Source of the DNA: an uncultured Pelagibacteraceae bacterium
Lineage (GTDB): Bacteria; Pseudomonadota; Alphaproteobacteria; Pelagibacterales; AG-422-B15
NCBI GenBank assembly: GCA_902619105.1
Contig: CACNCV010000002.1
Location: 172,436 to 236,435 of the forward strand
DNA length: 64,000 bases
Direction: 5' to 3'
Part shown: piece after piece, positions 51,737 to 60,397 of the stretch
Layout of the letters: each line of letters opens with the position of its first letter
Position numbering within the stretch: the first letter of the stretch is position 1
Translations under genes and position numbers: made by a program
Notes under the pieces: generated by a model
What the model saw: only the letters and a program-made list of their open reading frames with translations
The model's database searches: none
Told to the model about the DNA's origin: nothing

Positions 51737-52816
51737 TTATTCTTCTGGAGTATCTTCGACTTCTTCATTTTCTCCAATTTGCTCAGGTATTTCCTCAGAT
51801 TGTCCTCTAATTATTGATTCAATTTCATTAGCTACTGCAGGATTATCCTTTAAAAAGATCTTGGAGTTTTCTCGTCCTTGGCCAATCTTATTTCCTTTAT
51901 AAGAAAACCATGCACCTGACTTTTCAATGGTGCCTACTTTAACACCCAAATCAATGAGCTCACCCAATTTTGAGATTCCTTCACCGTACATAATGTCAAA
52001 CTCCACTACGCGGAACGGTGGGGCAACTTTATTTTTTACAACCTTTACTCTTGTTTGGTTTCCAATAATTTCGTCTTTATCTTTTATTGCTCCTATCCTT
52101 CTTATATCTAATCTGCACGATGAGTAAAACTTCAAAGCATTACCACCAGCTGTTGTTTCAGGACTACCAAACATCACACCAATTTTCATTCGAATTTGGT
52201 TAATGAATATTACCATACAATTAGATTTAGAAACGGAGCCTGTAAGTTTTCTTAATGCTTGACTCATTAATCTTGCTTGAAGACCCATGTGCGCATCTCC
52301 CATTTCACCCTCAATTTCTGCTTTAGGGGTTAATGCTGCAACTGAGTCGACAACTAGAACTGATATTGCTTTCGATCTAACAAGTGAGTCAGTTATTTCA
52401 AGAGCTTGCTCACCTGTATCTGGCTGCGAAATGATAAGTTCATCAATGTTTACGCCGAGTTTTTTTGCATAAGCAGGATCCAATGCATGCTCAGCATCAA
52501 TAAATGCACAATTCTCACCTTTTTTCTGCGCCTCGGCAATAACATGTAATGCAAGAGTTGTTTTACCCGATGACTCTGGTCCATAAATTTCTACTATTCT
52601 ACCTTTTGGCAGTCCGCCTATGCCTAAAGCTACATCTAAAGATAACGACCCAGTTGAAATAGCCTCAACATCCATAACGGTCCTTTGACCAAGTTTCATA
52701 ATTGAGCCTTTTCCGTAAGTTTGCTCAATTTGTGACATTGCTACGTCTAAAGCTTTTGCTTTTTCTGAGTTATCCATCTTTTTATCGTCTACCACTTTTA
52801 AATTTGCTTTTGTCAT
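51737..52816 (-). CDS. recA: Recombinase RecA
   Basis: [46 protein letters not shown]. Confidence 0.99.
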   Translation of the reverse strand: MTKANLKVVDDKKMDNSEKAKALDVAMSQIEQTYGKGSIMKLGQRTVMDVEAISTGSLSLDVALGIGGLPKGRIVEIYGPESSGKTTLALHVIAEAQKKGENCAFIDAEHALDPAYAKKLGVNIDELIISQPDTGEQALEITDSLVRSKAISVLVVDSVAALTPKAEIEGEMGDAHMGLQARLMSQALRKLTGSVSKSNCMVIFINQIRMKIGVMFGSPETTAGGNALKFYSSCRLDIRRIGAIKDKDEIIGNQTRVKVVKNKVAPPFRVVEFDIMYGEGISKLGELIDLGVKVGTIEKSGAWFSYKGNKIGQGRENSKIFLKDNPAVANEIESIIRGQSEEIPEQIGENEEVEDTPEE

Positions 52817-52855
52817 GTGCTTTCTCCAAACTTAGTTTTAATATATGTTTCATTT

Positions 52856-52870
52856 GTACACATTTTGTTC
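52856..52870 (-). promoter_or_regulatory. Alphaproteobacterial LexA (SOS) box, GAAC-N7-GTAC type
   Basis: Plus strand GTACacattttGTTC, about 40 nt upstream of the recA start. Confidence 0.75.
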
Positions 52871-52922
52871 TCATTTTACAATACCTTATAAACTATTGTT
52901 AAATAACGATAAAAAATAATTT

Positions 52923-52937
52923 GTTCAATTAATGTTC
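52923..52937 (-). promoter_or_regulatory. Alphaproteobacterial LexA (SOS) box, GAAC-N7-GAAC
   Basis: Plus strand GTTCaattaatGTTC, a perfect direct-repeat consensus upstream of recA. Confidence 0.75.
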
Positions 52938-53048
52938 TTAATTTTTATAGTTTTTATCAACAGGTGATTCTATATCTAATGATATAACTCAATTAGATTA
53001 ACTTAAATATATATCTAAAATTGGCTGATTTTCGCTGTTAATAACTAT

Positions 53049-53459
53049 TTAATCGTCAGAATGAAGCTTTTCGTCTCTCTCGTGCATTTCTTGAGCTTCA
53101 ATACTAAGAGTAGTTACTGGCCTAGCGTCCAATCTTTCGATATTTATGGGTTCTCCAGTAACTTCGCAATAGCCATAGCTTCCATTTTCTATCCTAGCAA
53201 GCGCAGCATCTATCTTGGCGATTAGTTTACGTTGCCTATCTCGAGACTTTAACTCAAGGGATTTCTCTGACTCTTGGGTAGCTCTATCAGACATGTCAGC
53301 TGGAGCAATTGAGTCTTGTAGATTTTCAACTGTTTCTCTACTTTCTCTGTAAATCTCATCCTTCCAATTTTTAAGCTTGTTTCTAAAATATTCTTTTTGC
53401 TTTGCATTCATGAATTTTTCAGATTTTGTTGGCTTGTAGGTTTTTGAAAGTTTGACCAT
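53049..53459 (-). CDS. dksA: RNA polymerase-binding factor DksA (single-Cys type)
   Basis: DMSDRA coiled-coil tip, RDRQRKLIAKID, GYCEVTGEPI..RL.ARP; AAGGAG SD. Confidence 0.97.
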   Translation of the reverse strand: MVKLSKTYKPTKSEKFMNAKQKEYFRNKLKNWKDEIYRESRETVENLQDSIAPADMSDRATQESEKSLELKSRDRQRKLIAKIDAALARIENGSYGYCEVTGEPINIERLDARPVTTLSIEAQEMHERDEKLHSDD

Positions 53460-53498
53460 ATTTACTCCTTGAGAATTAAGATTAAAAACAGTTGGGTG

Positions 53499-53527
53499 CT
53501 TTTAGTGGTTTTTATTATTTAAGTCAA
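53499..53527 (-). promoter_or_regulatory. Candidate sigma70 promoter of dksA
   Basis: Minus strand TTGACT-N17-TAAAAG; a -10 lacking the -7T is common in Alphaproteobacteria. Confidence 0.45.
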
Positions 53528-53600
53528 CGGATCATTACAATTTTTATGATTGATAAATAACTGAAATATAATATGTTTCTCTGAAATTAATCTTAATTAT

Positions 53601-54455
53601 ATGAAGTTTGAAGGAACCAGCTCCTATATTGCAACAGAGGATCTTAAAGTGGCAGTAAATGCCGCTATTACTCTTGAAAGACCAATAATAGTTAAAGGTG
53701 AGCCAGGCACTGGTAAAACAATGCTAGCTCATGAGGTAGCAAAATCTCTAGATGCTGAAATAATCACTTGGCATATTAAATCCACAACTAAAGCTCAACA
53801 GGGTCTCTACGAATATGATGCTGTTACAAGATTGCGAGATTCGCAGCTTGGAGATGAAAAAGTTAAGGATATCAAAAATTATATTAGTAAAGGTAAGTTA
53901 TGGAATGCTTTTGAGAGCGATAAAAGGCCGGTTCTACTAATTGATGAAATTGACAAGGCTGATATCGAATTTCCCAACGATCTGCTACTAGAACTAGATA
54001 AAATGGAATTTTTTGTTTACGAAACTGGTGAGACAATTAAAGCGCAAAATAGGCCAATAGTAATTATAACATCAAACAATGAAAAGGAATTACCAGACGC
54101 GTTTCTTAGAAGGTGCTTTTTTCATTATATTAAGTTTCCTGATCCAAATACGATGGAAGAGATCGTTGAAGTACATTATCCAGATATAAAAAAAGATCTA
54201 ATTCAAGAAGCATTTAAAATATTTTATGATATTAGAGAAGTTCCAGGAATTAAAAAAAAGCCATCTACCTCTGAACTAATTGATTGGCTAAAGTTGCTCA
54301 TGACGGATGATGTAGATGCTAAAATCCTAAGAGAAAAGGATCCGAAAAAGCTAATACCACCTCTTCATGGGGCTTTGCTAAAGAATGAACAAGATGTTCA
54401 TTTATTTGAGCGTTTAGCTTTCATATCTCGTAGAGAAAATGAGAATGTTGAGTAG
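53601..54455 (+). CDS. MoxR-family AAA+ ATPase (PA2707-like subfamily)
   Basis: GEPGTGKT, LLIDEIDKA, SNNEKELPDAFLRRC. Confidence 0.92.
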   Translation: MKFEGTSSYIATEDLKVAVNAAITLERPIIVKGEPGTGKTMLAHEVAKSLDAEIITWHIKSTTKAQQGLYEYDAVTRLRDSQLGDEKVKDIKNYISKGKLWNAFESDKRPVLLIDEIDKADIEFPNDLLLELDKMEFFVYETGETIKAQNRPIVIITSNNEKELPDAFLRRCFFHYIKFPDPNTMEEIVEVHYPDIKKDLIQEAFKIFYDIREVPGIKKKPSTSELIDWLKLLMTDDVDAKILREKDPKKLIPPLHGALLKNEQDVHLFERLAFISRRENENVE

Positions 54456-54483
54456 AGTAAGAATCTCTATAAAATAATATTAT

Positions 54484-55662
54484 ATGTTTATTAATTTCTT
54501 TTTTGACCTTAAACAAGCAAGCTTACCCGTATCATTAAAAGAATACTTGATGTTGATGGAAGCGATGAATAAGCGTGTTGTTGACTCATTCAATGTTAAC
54601 GACTTTTATTATCTAAGCCGCTCAGCATTAGTCAAAGATGAGAGATATTTAGATAAATTTGATCGAGTTTTTGGCCATTCATTTAAGGGGTTAGAGAACC
54701 CTGAAGGTGAAACAACAAAAGAAATACCAGAAGAATGGTTAAAATTGATGGGGCAAAAGTATTTAACTGATGAAGAAAAAAAGATGATTGAGTCCTTGGG
54801 TGGCTGGGACAAGTTAATGGAAACACTCAAACAGAGGTTGGAAGAGCAAAAAAAGAGGCACCAAGGTGGAAGCAAATGGATTGGAACAGGTGGAACATCT
54901 CCATTTGGAGCATACGGCTATAACCCTGAAGGAATAAGAATTGGTCAGAAAGAAGGAAAAAATAAAAAGGCAGTAAAAGTTTGGGATAAAAGAGAATTTA
55001 GCAACTTAGATGGCGACGTAGAACTTGGCACTAGAAATATAAAGATTGCTCTTAGAAGGTTGAGAAAGTTTGCGCGTGAAGGAGCTGAAACTGAGTTAGA
55101 TTTAGATAATACAATTAAATCTACTGCTCATAAAGGTTACATTGACGTTAAAATGATGCCTGAACGAAGAAATAAAATCAAAGTATTACTTTTTTTTGAT
55201 GTTGGTGGATCAATGGATGCGCATATTAAAATCTGTGAGGAGCTATTTTCTGCAGCAAGAACAGAATTTAAACACATGGAGTATTTCTACTACCACAATT
55301 GCTTGTATGATGCGGTTTGGAAAGATAATAATCGCAGATACAATGACAATATCAAAACATGGGACGTTCTGCACACATACCCATCTGATTATAAAGTAAT
55401 ATTTGTTGGAGACGCTGAAATGAGCCCGTATGAAATAACCTACCCTGGCGGAAGTGTAGAGTTCTGGAACGAAGAGTCTGGTGAAACTTGGCTAACTAGA
55501 ATGTTAAACGTATACGAAAATGCGATTTGGCTTAATCCGATACCTGAACGATATTGGGATAGAATTGCATCAACTTCCATTATAAAGCAGATCTTTTCTG
55601 ATCGGATGTTTCCTCTCACAATTGAGGGAATTGATCAGGCCATGCGTGAACTAAATAAATAA
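54484..55662 (+). CDS. VWA-domain partner protein (COG3825/CoxE-like)
   Basis: WIGTGGTSPFG, FFDVGGSM (MIDAS-like), FVGDAEMSPYEI, WLNP. Confidence 0.9.
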   Translation: MFINFFFDLKQASLPVSLKEYLMLMEAMNKRVVDSFNVNDFYYLSRSALVKDERYLDKFDRVFGHSFKGLENPEGETTKEIPEEWLKLMGQKYLTDEEKKMIESLGGWDKLMETLKQRLEEQKKRHQGGSKWIGTGGTSPFGAYGYNPEGIRIGQKEGKNKKAVKVWDKREFSNLDGDVELGTRNIKIALRRLRKFAREGAETELDLDNTIKSTAHKGYIDVKMMPERRNKIKVLLFFDVGGSMDAHIKICEELFSAARTEFKHMEYFYYHNCLYDAVWKDNNRRYNDNIKTWDVLHTYPSDYKVIFVGDAEMSPYEITYPGGSVEFWNEESGETWLTRMLNVYENAIWLNPIPERYWDRIASTSIIKQIFSDRMFPLTIEGIDQAMRELNK

Positions 55663-55665
55663 TCC

Positions 55666-56535
55666 ATGCTTAAAGAGCAGAACGTTATTTTAGGCATATC
55701 TTTGTTATGCCTTGGATTATTAATAGCTCCTTTATATGATGCGCTTGCTAAGTACTTAAGCGAGGACATTGGTATACTTGAAATAATTTGGGGACGTTTT
55801 TTCAGCCATTTTATTTTCTTAGTGCCACTTGTTTATTTTTTAAAAGGAAAAAAAGAATTTGTTAATCAATCAACGAAGCATCAATTAATCAGAGGTACTT
55901 TTATATTTCTTGCGACGGCATTCTTTTATGCATCAATTTCACAAATCCCTCTTGCTAATGCATTAAGCATAATGCTCATTGCTCCCATTGTGGTGGTATT
56001 CATGTCTTCATTTATTTTGGAAGAAAAATTAAATTCACTAAAGATCTTTTGTGCATTTTTTGGTTTTTTTGGAACTCTTTTAGTAATACAGCCAGGGTTT
56101 AGTGAGTTTAATTATTTTTCTTTATTTGCCTTATTTTCAGGATTCTTTTATGCAATGTATCTTGTTTACACGCGCCGCGTAAACTTTACTTCTGATCCAT
56201 GGGTAAGCCTGTGTTATACCGCTATTCCTGGGGCACTAATAATGACTATCTTTCTACCTTTTTATTGGGACAGTGATCCTAATTTTAGTCAGATTATTTT
56301 GATGGGCTCAATTGGTTTAGTTGTGATTCTGGTGCATTTTATATTTATAAAAGCTTATCAAAATGCTGAAGCAAGCATTTTAGCTCCATTTCACTATTTT
56401 GAAATTGTCAGTAATATGCTAATAAGCGTCTTATTTTTTAGAGATATTCCAAACATAATAGTGTGCTTTGGAATTCTTTGTATTGTAAGTAGCGGAGTAC
56501 TTATAACTTTTAGGCAAAAACTAAATTATGAATAA
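55666..56535 (+). CDS. DMT/EamA family transporter
   Basis: About 10 TMs in two EamA repeats; ASILAPFHY. Confidence 0.9.
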   Translation: MLKEQNVILGISLLCLGLLIAPLYDALAKYLSEDIGILEIIWGRFFSHFIFLVPLVYFLKGKKEFVNQSTKHQLIRGTFIFLATAFFYASISQIPLANALSIMLIAPIVVVFMSSFILEEKLNSLKIFCAFFGFFGTLLVIQPGFSEFNYFSLFALFSGFFYAMYLVYTRRVNFTSDPWVSLCYTAIPGALIMTIFLPFYWDSDPNFSQIILMGSIGLVVILVHFIFIKAYQNAEASILAPFHYFEIVSNMLISVLFFRDIPNIIVCFGILCIVSSGVLITFRQKLNYE

Positions 56536-57499
56536 TTTGAACGTTGATTATCGCTTTTCTGTAGCACCAATGATGGGAGTAACAACTCCAAGCGCAAGGT
56601 ACATGTACCGTCTTATCTCAAAAGAAGCTGTTTTATTTACTGAAATGATAGCCAGTCAAGCTTTACACAGAGGCGATTACAAAAAACTTCTTAGAAAAGA
56701 AAATATCGAAAGACCTGTCATCCTGCAAGTTGGTGGTTCTGATATAGGCTTATTAAAATATTCAACAAGTTTAGCAAATAAGTTTGATTATCAAGGTATC
56801 AATTTAAATGTTGGTTGCCCCTCTAAAAAAGTTTCTCAAGGGAAAATGGGGGCGTGTTTGATGAAAGAAGCAGAACTGGTTAGAGATTGCTTAAGTGGAA
56901 TGAGAGAAGAGACTTCAATGGATGTTTCATTAAAATGTAGAATTGGTGTTGATGAATTTGACTCTTATGATTTTTTTAGAAATTTCATTTCTACAGTTCT
57001 TGAGAGTGATGTGAAAGTTATTTTTATTCATGCCCGTAAAGCTTTTCTTAAAGGTCTTGATCCAAAAAAAAATCGTACATTGCCTGAACTTAAATATGAA
57101 TTTGTTTACAATATCAAAAAAGAATTTCCTGATATTAAATTTGTCATGAATGGAGGTTTGACAAATATTGATGACTGTATTGAACAATTGAAATATTTAG
57201 ATGGAGTGATGGTAGGTCGAGCAGTACAGGCAAACCCTTTTTTTATTAAAGACGTGGATCATATTTTTTATGGTCAAAGTAATATTCAAGTTAACAAGTC
57301 CGATGTCGTGAAAAAGTATTTTGATTATATTAAAATGAATATTGAAACTGTATCTACCTATGAATTGCTCAGTCCATTACTTTCACTTTGTTTTGGAGTT
57401 CCAGGATCTAAAAAATTTAAACAAGAAGTGAATGAACTTATAAGAGCGAGAGATATCAATAAGTTAGAAGATACTTATTTAAATTTGATTGCCGCTTAA
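56528..57499 (+). CDS. dusA: tRNA-dihydrouridine synthase A
   Basis: SVAPMM, INLNVGCPS, GACLM, KCRIGVD, HARKA, GVMVGRA. Confidence 0.95.
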   Translation: MNNLNVDYRFSVAPMMGVTTPSARYMYRLISKEAVLFTEMIASQALHRGDYKKLLRKENIERPVILQVGGSDIGLLKYSTSLANKFDYQGINLNVGCPSKKVSQGKMGACLMKEAELVRDCLSGMREETSMDVSLKCRIGVDEFDSYDFFRNFISTVLESDVKVIFIHARKAFLKGLDPKKNRTLPELKYEFVYNIKKEFPDIKFVMNGGLTNIDDCIEQLKYLDGVMVGRAVQANPFFIKDVDHIFYGQSNIQVNKSDVVKKYFDYIKMNIETVSTYELLSPLLSLCFGVPGSKKFKQEVNELIRARDINKLEDTYLNLIAA

Positions 57500-58071
57500 A
57501 TTATTTCAGCAATATCAGAAAAGTCATACCTCGGGGCTCTCTCATAAAAACCACCTTCAGCAGCGTATCCCAAATTACATAGAAAATTGCTTTTAATTGT
57601 TGTGCCATTAAAAAATTCTTTATCTACCAGATCATTTGGGAAGCCAGACATTGGCCCTACTGATAAACCAAGGGAATTTGCTGCTTTTATAAAGTAACCT
57701 CCCTGAATTGATGAGTTTCTAAAAGCTGTAACCTCAGACTTGGTTGTATCATTTTCAAAATATTGCTTAGCATCCTCACGTAAATAGTTTCTGGGAAGAT
57801 CACGCCAAAATTCTATATCCATTCCAATAATTGTACATACAGGTGCGTTGATAACTTTGCTAATATTATCATCACTCACTAATTTTGATAGCTTTTCCTT
57901 TGAGGTACTACTTTTAAGAAACTTTAATCTCATTGGACTAGAGTTAAACGAGGTTGGGCCCCATTTAACAAGATTATAAAGTTCATTCAGTGTATCGTTT
58001 GCAACTTCCTTTTCAGTAAATTTATAGCAAGTTTGTGGTTCAACAAAAATTTCTTTTAATCTGTCTGACAT
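57496..58071 (-). CDS. Nitroreductase-family protein, RutE/malonic semialdehyde reductase-like
   Basis: KWGPTSFNSSP, AFRNSSIQGGY, GPMSGF, KSNFLCNLGY, RAPR. Confidence 0.88.
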   Translation of the reverse strand: MSDRLKEIFVEPQTCYKFTEKEVANDTLNELYNLVKWGPTSFNSSPMRLKFLKSSTSKEKLSKLVSDDNISKVINAPVCTIIGMDIEFWRDLPRNYLREDAKQYFENDTTKSEVTAFRNSSIQGGYFIKAANSLGLSVGPMSGFPNDLVDKEFFNGTTIKSNFLCNLGYAAEGGFYERAPRYDFSDIAEII

Positions 58072-58072
58072 C

Positions 58073-58534
58073 TTAAATAATAGCTTTTATATGCTCTTCA
58101 ATCTCTTCAGGTTTTTTTTGTGTACCAAAACCTCTAACAAATTCACCTTCTTTATTGATTAAAAACTTTGTAAAATTCCACTGTATCTCTCTGCCTGCTT
58201 CTTCAGTAAGCTTAACAAAAAGAGGTGATGCATTTTCTCCATTAACATCAATCTTATCAAACAGGCGAAAGGATACATTATACTTTGTGCCACAAAAATC
58301 TTTTATTTCTTCATTCGTCCCTTTTTCTTGGGCGCCAAATTGATTACAGGGAAATGCTAAAATTTCTAACCCTTTGTCTTTATATTTGTCATAGAGATTT
58401 TGTAAGCCAGTATATTGCGGTGTAAAACCACAAGCACTTGCTACGTTTACAATTAATAGAGTTTTTCCCTTGAATTTTTCCATTTTGATAGAGTTCATAT
58501 CAATGTCTTTTACTTCAATGTCATAAATACTCAT
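58073..58534 (-). CDS. Glutathione peroxidase-like (Cys-type) peroxidase
   Basis: NVASACG, FPCNQFGAQE, WNFTKFL. Confidence 0.95.
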   Translation of the reverse strand: MSIYDIEVKDIDMNSIKMEKFKGKTLLIVNVASACGFTPQYTGLQNLYDKYKDKGLEILAFPCNQFGAQEKGTNEEIKDFCGTKYNVSFRLFDKIDVNGENASPLFVKLTEEAGREIQWNFTKFLINKEGEFVRGFGTQKKPEEIEEHIKAII

Positions 58535-58542
58535 ATTTTTCC

Positions 58543-59379
58543 TTATCTTACAAATGTTCCATTATTATAGTCATTAATCGCTTGAATGATCTCACTTTTG
58601 GTATTCATTACAAATGGTCCGCCACGAGCAATTCTTTCACCAATTGGTTCACCTGCGATTAATAAAAACTTAGCATTGGTTTCAGCGAATACTTTCAAAT
58701 TATTGCCATTTGTCAACAATACTAGTTTAGATCCCTCAATATTATCATGAGAAAGGTTACCGATTTTTATTCTGCCATCAACCAAGTAAACAAAACTGTT
58801 ATGCGATTTGGGTATTGAAAAACTAAACTGCTTATTTTGCTTAAGTTCAACATCAAAGAATATTGGCTCAACATTATGCTTTTTAATCGGCCCTTCAGCG
58901 TTCTCAAATTTTCCAGCAATTACTTTAATTTTTTTATCTTCATCGTGATGCATACTCATCTCTTTGGCATCAATATAATGATATTCAGGCTTACTCATTT
59001 TTAAGCTAGCAGGCATATTAATCCATAACTGAAAACCGTGAAGCTTGCCCTCCTTCATAGCGGGCATTTCGGAGTGAATAATTCCACTGCCAGTTTTCAT
59101 CCACTGCACATCACCTGCTGTCATTCTTCCTTCTCCGCCAGTACTATCTTTATGCTCAAATTCTCCAGCCAGCATATAAGTCACTGTCTCTATCCCTCTA
59201 TGAGGATGTGATGGAAAACCAGCTATATAGTCCTTGCTGTCTTCAGAACCAAATTCGTCCAACATTAAAAAAGGATCAAAATAATTTGGCTCCACACCTA
59301 TACTTCTTTTTAATTTTACTCCAGCACCGTCTGTTGCGGGAACAGGATTAATAATATTTTTGACTTCAATGTCAGACAT
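58543..59379 (-). CDS. Pirin-family protein
   Basis: DPFLMLDEF, HPHRGIETVTY, WMKTGSGIIHSE, QLWINMP, GPFVMN. Confidence 0.96.
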   Translation of the reverse strand: MSDIEVKNIINPVPATDGAGVKLKRSIGVEPNYFDPFLMLDEFGSEDSKDYIAGFPSHPHRGIETVTYMLAGEFEHKDSTGGEGRMTAGDVQWMKTGSGIIHSEMPAMKEGKLHGFQLWINMPASLKMSKPEYHYIDAKEMSMHHDEDKKIKVIAGKFENAEGPIKKHNVEPIFFDVELKQNKQFSFSIPKSHNSFVYLVDGRIKIGNLSHDNIEGSKLVLLTNGNNLKVFAETNAKFLLIAGEPIGERIARGGPFVMNTKSEIIQAINDYNNGTFVR

Positions 59380-59382
59380 ATT

Positions 59383-60333
59383 TTAATTAAAGGTTAAAAG
59401 TATTTTGCCTTTTGCGCGACCACTTTTGAGATGATTATAAGCATCAAGATATTGATCAAAAGAAAATATTTTTTCGATGATGGGCTTAATCTTTCCATCT
59501 TCAATCCACATTCTAAATAAATCTAAATTTGCAGTTGATGTTCTGCCAGATAATACAACTCTTGATTTTTTTCTTTGAAACAGTTGTTTTGCCACATCTA
59601 TATTATTGTAGATATTATTTTTTGTAGTCACATATATACCGTTAGCCGACAATATTTTTGATACATTGGGAAAAGATAGATTTCCATTTGCGTCAAAAAC
59701 GATATCATATTTTTTTGATGAAGATAAAATATCTTCTTTTGTATAATCAACTACGTCATCTATATTAAAATCATTTTTAATCCATTCGTAATTTCTATCA
59801 CTTGTTACCGCAGTTATTTCTGTTTCATATATTTTTGCCATTTGAATTGCAAAAGAACCCACTCCTCCGGATGCACCATTAATTAAGATCTTGTGTCCCT
59901 TTCGAATTGAGGCAATATTTCGCAATGCTAGTAACGATGTGTTTGCTACTTGAGGAATGGCACTCGCTTCGAGCAACTTGATATTTTTTGGTACAAGTGA
60001 AATTAACTTTTGAGAAATTTTAATTTTTTCTGCGGCACTTCCATTGAATAATATATCTGTCATACCAAATACTTTATCACCAACTTTAAAAGCTCCTACA
60101 TCTCTTCCAATTTCAGTAATTTCACCACTGAAATCACAGGCAGTGAATATAGGAAATTTATTCAGATTGGTTATGGGCTTAAATCCACCTTGCATTTTTT
60201 TGATATCAACTGGATTAAGCGATACGGCCTCGATCTTTACAATTACTTCTGATCTTTTAGGTCTTGGCTCAGCAACCTCTAAAATTTCAAGATTATCAAT
60301 ATCTCCGTATGAGTTGTATCCTATTGCTTTCAT
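59383..60333 (-). CDS. NADPH-dependent MDR/quinone-oxidoreductase-like protein (Zn-free)
   Basis: LNPVD, DFSG, ILINGASGGVGSFAIQ, GRAKGKI; no Zn-ligand Cys/His. Confidence 0.88.
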   Translation of the reverse strand: MKAIGYNSYGDIDNLEILEVAEPRPKRSEVIVKIEAVSLNPVDIKKMQGGFKPITNLNKFPIFTACDFSGEITEIGRDVGAFKVGDKVFGMTDILFNGSAAEKIKISQKLISLVPKNIKLLEASAIPQVANTSLLALRNIASIRKGHKILINGASGGVGSFAIQMAKIYETEITAVTSDRNYEWIKNDFNIDDVVDYTKEDILSSSKKYDIVFDANGNLSFPNVSKILSANGIYVTTKNNIYNNIDVAKQLFQRKKSRVVLSGRTSTANLDLFRMWIEDGKIKPIIEKIFSFDQYLDAYNHLKSGRAKGKILLTFN

Positions 60334-60397
60334 TTAAATATCTAATTAATGATTTTTTGATATATAATTAATAAAACCACAAATACAACAGATATTC

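Noticed and set aside
52953-52961. TTATCAACA, a one-mismatch DnaA box near recA
   Set aside because: A single degenerate site in AT-rich DNA, with no cluster or origin-type context
58073-58534. Possible selenocysteine in the glutathione peroxidase
   Set aside because: The active site is an ordinary Cys (NVASACG) with no in-frame TGA
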